A DNA stretch of 64,000 bases from Octopus vulgaris (taxonomy: Eukaryota), in the NCBI GenBank assembly GCA_951406725.2, contig OX597830.1:65472001-65536000 (forward strand). Direction: 5' to 3'. The position numbers were made by a program, and so were the translations under genes. How positions within the stretch are numbered: position 1 is the stretch's first letter; every line of letters starts with the position of its first letter. The notes beneath the pieces are model-generated. The model was not told the DNA's origin, made no database searches, and saw only the letters and a program-made list of their open reading frames with translations. Shown piece by piece: positions 10,576 to 24,846 of this stretch.

Positions 10576-11994
10576 CAAAATAACTTTAATAAGCTTTGCA
10601 TGTGACAGATTAATATGAACACTAAAGATGTTTATAGGTATTTTTTTTCTTACACACATAACGCGACCTCACTCATTGGGACTATATGTGAGTTACTTTG
10701 ACATCATCATTCCATAAAATTTGTTTATGGGGAGAAAAATATTGAAAAATATCAATAGATGTGTGAGAAAGAAATGGGGAGAGAAAATTTGGGATATGCT
10801 AGAAACAACAGCCAGATCTCCCTTAAATCACACATTTTCCTCTGAAATTATTAAAAATTTTTTTCAAAACTGAAAATGTTTCTCTTGCGGGTTTTAAGTA
10901 TGCAGTAAAAAAATAAAAATGAAAATGGCCAAAATCATTTTGGACTGGGGTGGTGAGGGGTGGTAGAAGTGAAAGAATTTTCGAAATTCTTTTCTTTTTG
11001 TTTTTCATGAAAAGATGCCTCCCTTCATTCTAAAGACTTTGGTGAAAAACACTGGAAAAAAGCCCCATCAAAACAGAAAAATTCCAACTTATGTTGGGTC
11101 CTGTGAATTTTCTAAAACTTCTCTCCCCAACCCCTTGAAAAATTTTTTCCAACAAATCTTTACATCTGCTCAATCTACAGGATATAAGCAATTATTTGGT
11201 GAAAGTTTCGTTTAAAAGTATCTATTTTTCTGGAAGGTATGAGGCAACAAAGTTGGTGGGGTAATTAACTATAGTTATGCCTTTTTTTCAATAAAAGTTA
11301 ATGTCAAGTTTTTGATTGTTTGTTTTCTAAAATACCTTAGCCTCTGGATCTTTTATCAAGTGTCTTGGTCTCTGGTCTTCTGTTTTATTGCTTCTAGGCA
11401 CCCCCTTTTACAGTGTTTTAGCCCTAGAGCTTTCATTTTACTGTACCTTGACTTCAGATGCCCTTATTTTTCAGTTTCTTGACTAGCTGCTCTGGTTAGA
11501 CTCCTTCCACCCCTGCAACCATTCTCATTGTTAAAACCATTCACATTTGCATGTGTCCATTGTTAGCACACTTGCATATATATCTGCCATATGTGTGTTT
11601 CCAGTAAAAAAAGCTAACAACACCCCACATCAACAAACGACTGCTAAACAACTAAACCATTAATAATGGAATTGTACTAAATGACATTTATGTTCGGATG
11701 AAAACAATCAATAAGTTGATCTATCTTTTTTCCATGGTTGCAGTAGTATTGCAAATGTTATTAGATATAAACTGACGGAACCTAAATAATGGATTCAACT
11801 TGTGTCCACAAAAATCTTTGTTTTGGCTAGTTTCCAAATTTTATTATTACAGAATTTGACTTTTACCATCTTGATTGACAATTTCAGAATTAACAATATA
11901 TGGCTTGGGTGTGGGAAGATGTTACATCTAAATTACACAAACACAATAAAACTCATATATATATTAAATCCATATATTAATATCTGTTTAGCTT

Positions 11995-12565
11995 GGTGCA
12001 GGCGTAAGTTGTGTAGTTACGAAGCTTGCTTCCCAACCACATGGTTTCAAGTTCAGTTCCAGTATAAATCACCTTGAGAAAGTGCCTTCTAATTAATATA
12101 GCCCCAAGTCAACTAAAGCTCTGTGAGTGGATTTGGTAGGCAGAAGCTGGACAAAACCTGTTGTGTATGTGGTGTGTGTATACATGTGTGTGTGTGCGTG
12201 TGTCAAAATAAAAATCAAATGGAAATTGTAATTAAGATACATGTGCTGGTGGCATGTAAAAACACTTTCTGAATGTGACCGATGCCAGTGCTGCCTGACT
12301 GGCATCCGTGTCGGTGACACGTAAAAAGCACCAACCGATCATGGTCGTTTGCCAGCCTTCTTTGGCCCCTGTGCCGCTGGCATGTAAAAAGCACCCACTA
12401 CACTCATGGAGTGGTTGGCGTTAGGAAGGGCATCCAGCTGTAGAAACACTGCCAAATCAGACTGGAGCCTGGCGCAGCCTCCTGGCTTCCCAGACCCCGA
12501 TCGAAACATCCAACTCATGCTAGCATGGAAAGCGGACGTTAAACGATGATGATGATGATGATGAT
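11995..12565 (+). mobile_element. Degenerate SINE A 5' half (11995-12203) followed by repeat C (12205-12565)
   Basis: Matches to families A and C; (GAT)n tail. Confidence 0.8.
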
Positions 12566-13118
12566 ATATATGTATATATATAAATGTGAGTTCCAAGGAT
12601 CAAGGTGTAGGAAGAAAGTTAGCTTCACGATCACTAAACAAATTAAATAGCTACTTGGTGTTTATAAGAATGGAGTGGTTAAAGCTAAACTTAATTCATC
12701 TTTACCTTAAAGTAAATTGTGTTAACAGTTACTCAGATTCATCTCCACTGCATTGTGCGAAAGAACATTTATATGTGTGTTGGCATCTTGAGAGACTTTC
12801 AGGAATTCTATTAATGATCTTCTCATTGGTCCACAAAATAGACAAGGTTTCCTCGGAGTAGAGACACTACATGTATGTGTATGCTTACATTTTCGTGGAT
12901 GATTGTATGTGCGAGTGTGCACACACCATGCATTTATAATTCCATATCTGTTGACGGTCATTTTTAATACTTTTCTCGCTGTATTGCATGTTTGTTTCTT
13001 TATGGTATCTATGGTTTTATTTTCGATTTTCTATATAAATAAAGACATTTCCTTTGTTTCGCTGCTTTACTTTCTACGAAATAAGAAGATAGATTGCAGA
13101 ACTGTTATTTTAACAAGT

Positions 13119-13779
<661 letters not shown>

Positions 13780-13780
<1 letters not shown>

Positions 13781-13972
13781 TGGGTGGCACGTAAAAAGCA
13801 CCCACTACACTCACGGAGTGGTTGGCATTAGGAAGGGCATCCAGCTGTAGAAACACTGCCAGATCAGACTGGGCCTGATGCAGCCTTCTGGCTTCACAGA
13901 CCCCAGTTGAACCGTCCAACCCATGCTAGCATGGAAAGTGGACGCTAAATGATGATGATGATGATGATGATG
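13780..13972 (+). mobile_element. Repeat C, short copy
   Basis: One unit plus conserved 3' body and (GAT)n. Confidence 0.85.
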
Positions 13973-14011
13973 TATATATTTATCACCCAGTGAGACACAT
14001 CTTTACCACTG

Positions 14012-14094
14012 GATGCTCCTGAAGAAGTTGTTAAGTGTCCCGTACATGAGGGACACTTAACAATGTTAGATGTGTTGAAATAATTGTCGTGATT
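14012..14094 (+). ncRNA. Hammerhead-like motif with a perfect 14-bp hairpin in stem II (Penelope pLTR-like relic)
   Basis: CTGAAGA at 14019-14025; ttgttaagtgtccc/gggacacttaacaa; GAAA at 14077-14080; taattg-TC; AATAAA just downstream. Confidence 0.45.
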
Positions 14095-14299
14095 AATAAT
14101 AAAAATTCTGGTATATTCTATCGTCTGTCTTTCATTTACCATATACATAACGAACATTGTGAAAGTGACCGTACTTTACCAGTAGGCTACCAGGTGTAAC
14201 CCATTTGTTTTATTATCTAATATTTATATATAGGCACAGGTGTGGCAAATTTCAAATTGCATTTAAGGGAAGGGGAGAAAAAAAGGACTTGTATGTTTA

Positions 14300-14960
14300 A
14301 TCTTTTATCATTTATTTGTTTCAACTATTTGGTTGCAGACACCACCTCGAAGAATTTTGAGTTGAATGAAACAAAATCAGAATTTTTTTTTAGCCTGGTA
14401 CTTCTTCTCTCAGTCTCTTTTGCTGTACTGCTGTTATAGGGACATAAACATACCAACACTGTCAAGTAGTGGGAGTGGTGGTGGGGGAAGACAAACACAA
14501 AGAAACTCACAGATAGATATATATATTCATATGTGTGTGTGTGTGTGTGTGTGTGACAGGCTTCTTTCAGTTTCTATCTGTTAAATCCATTTACAAGGCT
14601 TTGGGCGGCCCAAGGCTATTGTAGTAAACTTGCCCAAAGTGCCTTGCAATTGGATTGAACCCAGAACCATGTGATTGGGAAGCAAGCTTCTTATTTCTTT
14701 ACTGCCCACAAACGGCCACACACAGAGGGGACAAACAAGGACAGACAAACGGATTAAGTCCATTATATCGACCCCAGTGCGTAACTGGTACTTATTTAAT
14801 CGACCCCAAAAGGATGAAAGGCAAAGTCGACACTCAGCAGAATTTGAACTCAGAATGTAGCAGCAGATGAAATACCACTAAGCATTTCGCCCAGCATGCT
14901 AACGTTTCTGCCAGCTCAACACCTTCAAGCAAGCTTCTTAACTCACAGTCATACCTGCAC
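14300..14960 (-). mobile_element. SINE A with nested SINE B (14694-14926)
   Basis: 14-bp TSD aagcaagcttctta at 14680-14693 and 14927-14940. Confidence 0.85.
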
Positions 14961-15566
14961 CTATATAATCTCATAAATTTTTTTTTCCTAATCATCATAT
15001 CTACAGCTACATTATCCCATGTGTTCATGATTTTTTTTAAAAAATGACTTTGTAGGATTATATTGTTCCAAATGTCCATTTTATTGTGTGACCTTTGGGT
15101 GTGTAGGTGGGCAGGTGGGGGATATTTGGCTGTTATTTATTGCAGCATAGCAGCATACATATGACCTTGTCAAAACACCTTTGATGTTTCAGAGAGTTCC
15201 TCATTGGCACATGCTGTAGTGTCTCTTTAACAATAAGTGCATAAGATTAATTACATACGTAGCATATCGTAGTCTAGAGCATATAAATTAAACCTGCAGT
15301 TACTCTTAAATCAGTTAAAATCTGTCGAGGACCATTTTATAAGTTTCAGTGTCATTTTTACAATCCCGACATTTCCAGTCTTCCATCAAGGATATAGTAG
15401 AAGACAGTTGCCCAAGGTGCCATGCAGTGGCGTTGAACCTAGAACCATGTGGTTGGGAAGCAAGCTTCTTACCACAGTCATGTGTGTATATATATATATA
15501 TACATACACACGCACAAACATATATATATATGGAAAGCGGACGTTAAACAATGATGATGATGATGA

Positions 15567-15616
<50 letters not shown>

Positions 15617-16147
15617 GTTTAAATATTTGTTGTGCAAGAATTTTATTGGCTAAACTGGCAATATGACCATTCCGAAATATAACAATATATATATATATAT
15701 ATATATAATATATATGAATGTATGTATATATACCTATATATATATATATGAATGTATGTATATAAAAGACATCTAAGGCATCTGTCCAACCCATGCCAGC
15801 ATGGAAAATGGACGTTAAATGATGATGAGGTTGATGATGATGATGATGATAAAGACATATTTGTTATATTAAGAATTTCATGCCACTGTTATTAATGGTA
15901 AGCTTCCAACAAACTATAATCTGCTCAGAACTGATTTCTAGTTAAACCATTTAATTTTGTTTATTCAAGATATTAACTATTTCTTGGTTCAGTCAAGAAC
16001 TTGGACAGAGACAAACTCTTTCAGGCTGATCACCACTGCCTCTCTACCTTTGATAAACTGTATAAAGAAGTATACTACATAATCCCCTACCTCTAGACAC
16101 AGTCTGGAAATGTAGACTGTAGTGTTCTTCTTTAATTATATATTCAT

Positions 16148-16458
16148 TGTTACCTGCGTCGCCTTACTAGCACTTGTGCTGGTGACACATGAAAAAACAT
16201 TTGAACGAGGTCGTTGCCAGTGCCACTGGACTGGCTCCTGTGCATGTGACACATAAAAAGCACCATTTGAGCGTGGCTGTTGCCAGTACCACCTGACTGG
16301 CTCTGATGCCAGTGGCACATAAAAGTACCCACTACACTCTCAGAGTGGTTGGCGCTAGGAAGGGCATCCAGCTGTAGAAACGCTGCAGGATCAGATTGGA
16401 GTCTGGTGCAGCCATCTGGTTCACTAGACCTCAGTCAAATCGTCCAACCCATGCTAGC
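16148..16458 (+). mobile_element. Repeat C, three units, tail lost
   Basis: Tandem units and ggaagggcatccagctgtagaaa. Confidence 0.85.
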
Positions 16459-16459
16459 C

Positions 16460-17277
16460 TTTTACCTTTTACTTATTCTTAGTGCAAATTTTGAAGAGTG
16501 CAGTTCGATTTTAACAGTTATTTTTTCAAAGCTATAATGGAAGTGACAAAGGAGCATACTCAGCATCTTTTGCTTTATGAGTTCAATAAAGGCAACAATG
16601 CAATGGAAAGTGTGAGGAATATTAATGCAGTATATGGGGATCAGACAATAAGGGTAAGCCAATGTCAATGATGATTCCAGAAATTTCAAGTGGGAAACTA
16701 CAGCCTAGAAGACGAGCCTCATCCTGGAAGATCTGTAGAGCTTGACAAGGATGTTCTGCCCACCCTGGTGGAACAAAATCCCATTGTAACTGTTGAGGAA
16801 CTTAGCAGAGAAGCTTGGATTTGATATTTCAACAGTCATTGAACACAGCTAGAAGAAAAACAACCATCTTTGGTTTAAGACAAAAGGTGTTCTTCATTCA
16901 GGATAATGCCCGACCACATACAGCGAAGATGACATTCCAAAGGCTGGAGCAGTTTGAATGGGAAACGGTGCCCCATCCACCATATTCGCCAGACATTGCC
17001 CCATCTGATTGTCATTTATTCTGCAGTCTTCAAAATCATTTGGACAGAAAAAATATGTTTTCTGTAAATGAGATCAGAACAGTACTGGAGGAGTACTTTC
17101 CATCATGGACAAGGAAATTTTGGAAGAAGGGCCTTGCAAATCTACCAAATAGATGGAAGAGTATTGTAGAAAATGAAGGAGAGTATATTTTAGATTAAAA
17201 AAGAACTTTGTTTATCTTAATTTTGAAAAAGAAAAAAAGTATTAAAAAAACTACATTGTTTATGGGATGACCCAATA
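16460..17277 (+). mobile_element. Internally deleted mariner transposon (pseudo-transposase 16537-17198)
   Basis: N-terminus MEVTKEHTQHLLLYEFNKGNNA...FQKFQVGNYSLEDEPHPGRS with stops; C-terminus QDNARPH...HPPYSPDIAPSDCHLF...RWKSIVENEGEYILD; right TIR ttatgggatgacccaa followed by TA; left TIR not found. Confidence 0.95.
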
Positions 17278-17875
17278 ATAATAATGATTTCCAATTTTGG
17301 TACAAGGCCAGTAATTTTGAGGAAAGTGGTTAATTGATTACATTGATCTCAGTTGCTATGCTGGTACTTATTTTATCTACCCCGAAAGGATGAAAGGCAA
17401 AGTCAACCTCAGCAGGATTTGAACTCAGAAACATTTTACACAGCATGTTAACGATTCTGCCAGCTTGCTGCCTTCTCCTGTCTTATGATGAAGCAATGTC
17501 AGATTTGTCTCTTTTTAATTGCTTGGAAACGGATGGCTTCTGCCAAGTTGAATACATACATTTTAATTCTTCCATTACCATATTTCTAACAAGAATAGAT
17601 TGTCTGTCTTTAATTAATTTTCAAAATGATCCAAGAATTTTAATTCAAAAAGAATTAGTAAAAATAACAGAAACTATTTTTAAACATTTCTCTACTCTTC
17701 CTTCTTTATTTTTGTTTTGTCATTTCTTTTCCCCCTTTCTTTCCTTTCTTTCTTTCCTTTCTTCCTTCATTCTTTACTTCTTCTTACCATTCCTTCTTTC
17801 TACTGTCCTTTCTTTCTATCTGTTTTTCTTTCCTTCTCTCCTTGTGTTCTTATTGAGACTCCTTCTGTAGAGGAT

Positions 17876-18150
17876 GAGGAGGCGCGTGGCTTAGTGGTTA
17901 GGATGTCAGCATCATGATCATAAGATTGTAATTTTGATTCCTGGACCGGGCGACGCGTTGTGTTCTTGAGCTAAACACTTCATTTCAATGTTGCTCCAGT
18001 CCACTCAGCTGGCAAAAATGAGTAACGCTGTGATGGACTGGTGTCCAGTCCAGTCCAGTCCAGCTGGGGAACACATACGCCATTGAAACCAGGAAATCAG
18101 GCCCATGAGCCTGGCTAGGCTTTAAAAGGGCGCATTTATTTTAATTTTTT
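17876..18150 (+). mobile_element. tRNA-headed SINE, body E with tail type 2
   Basis: 13-bp TSD ttctgtagaggat (17863-17875, 18151-18163); A/B boxes; CORE-like segment. Confidence 0.9.
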
Positions 18151-18327
18151 TTCTGTAGAGGATTACCAATCAAGGCTACAGGGTTCATCACCCTCCCTAA
18201 ATAGTTTTTCTAGTTGTAGTAGCTGGTATTGTTTAACCCCAAGACAGCTATGTGTAAGCAATACCATGATCAAAGGTCTTCCAGTGTTTTTTCCTTTGCC
18301 TTTTATGCTTTTTTCTCTGCATTCAGA

Positions 18328-18496
18328 TGGGTGCAGGCATGGGTGTGTGGTTAAGAAGCTCACTTTGCAATCACATGGTTCTGAGTTCAGTCCCATTTCG
18401 TGGCACCTTGGACAAGTGTTTGCTACTATAGTTCCGGGCTGACAAATGCCTTGTGAATGAATTTGGTAGATGAAAATTGTGTGAAAACTTGCTATG

Positions 18497-18575
<79 letters not shown>

Positions 18576-18780
18576 ATGTTTGTCCCCCACTACTGCCCGA
18601 CAACCAGTGTTGGTTTGGTTACATCCTCATAACATAGTAGTTCAGCAAAAATGACTGGTAGAACAAGTACCTGACCTAAAAATAAAAACTGGTTGATTTC
18701 TTTGACAGAGCCCTTCAAGGCAATGCTGCAGCATGGCCACAGTCTAATGACTGAAACAAAATAAAAGATAAAAAGATAAA
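18328..18780 (+). mobile_element. Older SINE A with expanded internal (TG)n
   Basis: Head, body and (taaaaga)n-type tail are all recognisable. Confidence 0.8.
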
Positions 18781-19071
18781 GCAAACATAGGATCAAAGGT
18801 AGTCCAGTATGACCATCCCTTCAGTTTGCACACCAGGGACTACATTATTCAATATATTTTATTTTTAGATTTAAGTATGACAGGAAGAAAATTTAGCTGC
18901 TCTTTCTAGCAGGTCATCTGGTTTTGTTTTGATACATTGTCATAACCATGTTTATATACACTATAATACACTAACCATTACAACATCAATAACTACCACC
19001 GTCACCACTGCCATTCCACCGCAACCATATATAACAATACCACTGCATTGCCAACACAATGCCTATATCAT

Positions 19072-19121
<50 letters not shown>

Positions 19122-19226
19122 ATACACTATAAAAACCAATACCACCATCATCACCTTCCTCAACACCACCACTACCACTGCAGCATCACTAACCACTACA
19201 GCCATCATCACCAACACATAATTACC

Positions 19227-19455
19227 TATTTCTTTATTGCCCACAAGGGGCTAAACATAGAGGGGACAAACAAGGACAGGCATAGGTATTAAGTCGATTA
19301 CATCGACCCTAGTGCGTAACTGGTACTTAATTTATCGACCCCGAAAGGATGAAAGGCAAAGTCGACCTCGGCAGAATTTGAACTCACAACGTAACGGCAG
19401 ACGAAATACCGCTAAGCATTTCGCCCGGCGCGCTAATGTTTCTGCCAGCTCGCCA
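19227..19455 (-). mobile_element. SINE family B, young full copy within a CCA/CTA-rich tract
   Basis: Reverse ggcgagctggcagaaacattagc...gcctttcatcctttcggggtcgataaattaagtaccag...aaagaaatag; flanking direct repeat acacataattacc. Confidence 0.9.
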
Positions 19456-19667
19456 CACATAATTACCACCACCACTAAATCGCCACTCCAATAATGCCAA
19501 TCCACAAAGAAAACCAGCAGCATCATCACCCACTATGCCACCGTTCTCTTCACTACCACTGCCACCACAACCACATCAACAATACCACTATGTTGCCAAC
19601 ACAGATACTATACTACTATCACAAACATCACCCATACTGCCACCAACATGGCCATCACCTTCCACTA

Positions 19668-19987
19668 GTGGCTTAGTGATTAGGGGCATTCAGATCACAA
19701 TCACAAGGTTGTGAGTTCAATTCCTGGCAGTGCATTGTGTCCTTGAGCAAGACACTTTATTTCACATTGCTCCAGTTTACTCAGCTGCCAAAAATGAGTA
19801 GTACCTGTATTTCAAAGGGCCAGCCTTGTCACACTCTGTGTCACGTTGAATCTCCCTGGAAACTACATTAAGGGTATGTGTGTCTGTGGAGTGCTCAGCC
19901 ACTTGCATGTTGATTTCACGAGCAGGTATTTCCGTTGATCGGATCAAGTGGAACCTTTGTCGTTATAAACAGTGGAGTGCTTGTTAT
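19668..19987 (+). mobile_element. tRNA-headed SINE, body E with tail type 1
   Basis: CORE-like segment joined at aaaatgagta to gtacctgtatttcaaagggcc..., the same tail as 24461-24846. Confidence 0.85.
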
Positions 19988-20419
19988 CCACTACCAACTC
20001 AACTACCACCCATACCACAGCAACCACCACCAATGCAACCATCACCCAAACCACCACCACTACCAAAACAACCTTTACTGTCTACTACCAATACAGCTAA
20101 CACCTATACCACAGTAACCACCAACACCAACACCACCACCACCACCACTTATCACCACCAACAACACACCACCACCACCACCATCATTGTACATTGTCTT
20201 TATGAGATTACTCAATCTGCTAGAAAGAGCAGGCAAATTTTCCTTAAATTCCACTTTATAATCCTTAAAAACAGACTTTGAAACAGTCAGTGGGGTTGGT
20301 CACAATTAGAACGTCGTTGATCGTAGATTTTTCTCTGGATCAGGACTGACTCAACAACTTAAGAAGGTTAAATGCCTGGTACTTGGTGTCTTTTCTTATT
20401 ATTATTGCATTTTATTTGC

Positions 20420-20822
20420 TTACCATCTCCTTTTTTTCCTCTTCTCTTCACTTCATTTCCTACTCTCTCTCTCTCTCTCTCTCTATCTTCCTTTTTTCTC
20501 TCCCTCCTTTCTTCTGCATTTTCTGTTTTTTCATTCTTTCACACACACATACACACTCTCTCTCTGTCCCCCTCTCTCTGTCCCTCTCTCTCTCTCTCTC
20601 TCTCACTTTCTCTTCTCCTATCTCACCGCCTTCACTTTCACTTACTCTCTCACTTTCTGTCTTTCTCTTTCTTCACCCCTCTTCTCTCTCTCCTGACTCA
20701 CTTATATCTTACTCTTTCCTCTCACTATTTCATTGTCTTTTCCCCTCTCTCTCTCTCTCTCTCTCCCTTCTCATACACTCTTCACCACTCTACCACCACA
20801 ACCACCACCACCACCACCACCA
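20420..20822. repeat. Polypyrimidine (CT)-rich low-complexity tract
   Basis: Directly visible. Confidence 0.9.
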
Positions 20823-21065
20823 GCACAATATTTCCATTCCGCTTGCCCAAATTCAGTAAATATTACCATGATTCTTAATGCCGGCCAAGAACTCGGAGAC
20901 AGGCTGATGCCACACGTTGCCATGCTTCCAGTAACTCTCAGAAATGCAATCAGGTTTCTATGTATGTGCGCATGTGTATTGTTTTTGTTTTGTTTTGGGT
21001 TTTTTTATTTCTCATTTTGTTTATCTATATGCAAATGTATGAGAAAGAAATTGTAATTAGAAATG

Positions 21066-21750
<685 letters not shown>

Positions 21751-22154
21751 TGCATGCACATACAAATTCCTTATTTTATATGATTTCTGCATCCAATCAC
21801 ACACATACACACAAAAGCACCAGATTGTCTATACCCAAGCATATACATACATACTACATTATACATTCACACACACACATTCTACACACGCTGTCACACA
21901 GTTAAACTAACTGTTATCTTACAACGACATTGACTGTATTTTTTACTAATCCTGACACAAGTTTGCTTTACATTTTTATTATATTTATTTTTGTAGTTTT
22001 CTTTTTCTTTTTACTTTCATCTTTTCCCCACTCTATATGCATTGAGATTGTATAGTCAGCATATATGAGCATCTGTTTGTATTTTAGTAATCTATTCATG
22101 CATATTTCAAATTGCATTTAAGGAAAGGAAAAAAAAGAGAGAGACTTGTATATT

Positions 22155-22990
22155 TAATCCTTTGTCGTTTAGTTGTTTCGGTCGTTAGACTGCTGCCACC
22201 CTACAGCACCCCCTTGAAGAATTTCGGTTGAGTGAATTGATCCCAGTAATTATTTTTTAAGTACTGGAACTTACACTGTCAGTCTCTTTTTGCTGAGCTG
22301 CTAAATTACAGGGACATAAACACACCAGCACTGGTTGTCAAGCAACGGTGGGACGAACAGACACAGACACACACATAATGGGCTTCTTTCAGTTTCCATC
22401 TACCAAATCTACTCTCAAGGCTTTGGTCAGCCCAAGGGTATAGTAGAAGACGCTTACCCAAGTGCTATGTAGTAGGACTGAGATTGGGACTGAACCTGGG
22501 ACCATGTGGTATGGAAGCAAACTTTTTACCACACAGCCACAGTCTCTTTGACATCATCATCATCATCATCATCGTTTAACGTCCGCTTTCCATGCTAGCA
22601 TGGGTTTGACGGTTCAACTGGGGTCTGGGAAGCCTGAAGGCTGCACCAGGCCAGTCAGATCTGGCAGTGTTTCTACAGCTGGATGCCCTTCCTAATGCCA
22701 ACCACTCCGTGAGTGTAGTGGGTGCTTTTTATGTACCACCGACACAGGTGCCAGACGAGGCTGGCGAACGGCCACGCTCGGGCGGGTTTTTTATTACGTG
22801 CCACCGGCACGGAGGCCAGGCAAGGCTGGCACAGCCACGATCGGATGGTGTTTGTTACGTGCCCACAGCACAGAGGCTAGTCGATGCGGTACTGGCTACG
22901 GCCACATTCGGATGGTCTTCTTATGTGCCACCGGCACCGGTACCACAAAAATACAAATTCCATTGATGTTCATCGATTTTGATTTGGTTT
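22155..22990 (-). mobile_element. SINE A (22155-22540) followed by repeat C (22552-22990, four units)
   Basis: Matches to families A and C. Confidence 0.85.
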
Positions 22991-23272
22991 GACAGACACC
23001 TTAAAATCTCGATTTTAATGCTGAGCTGTGCTTCTCCTCCTGTTTCTGCTGTCATTATTAAAGTGTCTTCAGTTTGCTGAATATGTAATTTTTTCCTATG
23101 GTTTTGTCAGAGGAAAGGCAACATGCAGACGGTCCTTTTAGAGTCCCTGTGATTAGCTGAGGAAAGTTATCTTCAAGCTGATACGGTAGTCTGAGAACTT
23201 GCAACATAGATTCTGCTAAAGGGCCAGGTGGTGCTTTTAAACTGAGTAAGAAATTAAGGCAAATGTGCCTCA

Positions 23273-23912
23273 TAAAAAGCACTACTCACCTCACCTGTAA
23301 AAAGCACTACTCACCTCACCTGTAAAAAGCACTACTCACCTCACCTGTGCTTGGGTCCATGTAAAAAGCACTAAGTCCACTCTGCTGAGTGGTTGGTGGT
23401 AGGAAGGGCATCCGGCTGTAAAATCCCCGCCAAAACAGTCACAGAAGTCTTGTGCAGGCTCCAGCCTGGCCAGCTCTTGTGGTACTGTCCTACCCATGCT
23501 AGCATGAAGATGGACATTAAATGACGATGATGATGATATCTTCTTTTTCTACTTGCTATAACTTATGCTTGTGTTGGCTATGCTTTTCAAAGCTAATAAT
23601 ATCTGAGAGTCATTGCTCTTGTAAGGAATTTCAGTAGTCAATGCCAGCGCCGCCTCGACTGGCTTCCGTGCCAGTGGCACGTAAAATGCACCAATCTGAC
23701 CGTGGCCGTTGCCAGCCTGCTCTGGCCCCTGTGCCGGTGGCACATAAAAAACACCTACTACACTCACAGAGTGGTTGGCGTTAGGAAGGGCATCCAGCGG
23801 TAGAAACATTGCCAGATAAGACTGGAGCCTGGTGCAGCTTTCTGGCTTCCCAGATCCCCGGTCGAACTGTCCAACCCATGCTAGCATGGAGAACGGACGT
23901 TAAACGATGATG
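23273..23912 (+). mobile_element. Two repeat-C copies (23273-23536, starting with 3 x 25-bp taaaaagcactactcacctcacctg; 23640-23912)
   Basis: Both have the conserved 3' body and (GAT)n. Confidence 0.8.
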
Positions 23913-24090
23913 AACAATTAGGGTTTATATACCTATTCCACCCTTGATATTTTGTTATCATATTTCTATTGAAATACACTATTATCGTTTCAATTGATTT
24001 TGATAATAATAAAGAATTTAGTATTTTATCATTATTAAACTGGTGTTTCGAACATAAACTAATACAGTCTTATGATGGAAGGTTTTAAAT

Positions 24091-24413
24091 CAGTGGTTCC
24101 CAAACATTTTTGAGTTGCTTCCCCTTTGCCACTTGGGCCACATTCCTAATGCCCCACCCCCCACCACCACCACCACCACCCACCACTTACCACCACAAAC
24201 ATAAACTAATTTCTGCTCAAATTCAGAATAACTGTATTTCACAAATAAAAACTTAATCTAGTTAACCCATTATTTTGTTTACTTTTACATCCATCGCCCC
24301 CTTTTGGCCACTCTGTTATTACCCCACTTTTCTTCAATGCTCCTCTGGATCTTTCCACCCCCACCCCCAGGTGTAGTGGGGGCAAACAATACTGCCCACT
24401 TTAGGAACCACTG
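24091..24413. mobile_element. hAT (Charlie-like) MITE nested in a family-G element
   Basis: TIRs cagtggttcccaaa / tttaggaaccactg; 8-bp TSD ttttaaat/ttttaaac; truncated relative at 59104-59372. Confidence 0.85.
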
Positions 24414-24460
24414 TTTTAAACTAACATAACTTTAAATCAGGAAGTCTGTATTACAGGACC

Positions 24461-24846
24461 GTGGAGACGCAATGGCCCAGTGCTTAGGGCAGCGGACTCG
24501 CGGTCGTAGGATCGCGGTTTCGATTCCCAGACCGGGCGTTGTGAGTGTTTATTGAGCGAAAACACCTAAAGCTCCACGAGTCTCCGGCAGGGGATGGTGG
24601 TGATCCCTGCTGTACTCTTTCACCACAACTTTCTCTCACTCTTACTTCCTGTTTCTGTTGTACCTGTATTTCAAAGGGCCGGCCTTGTCACTCTCTGTAT
24701 CACGCTGAATATCCCCGAGAACTACGTTAAGGGTACGCGTGTCTGTGGAGTGCTCAGCCACTTACACGTTAATTTCACGAGCAGGCTGTTCCGTTGATTC
24801 GGATCAACCGGAACCCTCATCGTCGTAACCGACGGAGTGCTTCCAC
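24461..24846 (+). mobile_element. tRNA-headed SINE, body D with tail type 1, young
   Basis: CpG-rich; 11-bp TSD attacaggacc (24450-24460, 24847-24857). Confidence 0.92.

Noticed and set aside
16815-17198. Domesticated SETMAR-like or active transposase
   Set aside because: The N-terminus has stops, the central region with the first catalytic Asp is deleted, and the left TIR is missing
24461-24540. Possible tRNA gene (also at 413, 17876 and 53440)
   Set aside because: The tRNA-like heads continue into SINE bodies with TSDs, and there is no proper acceptor stem or terminator
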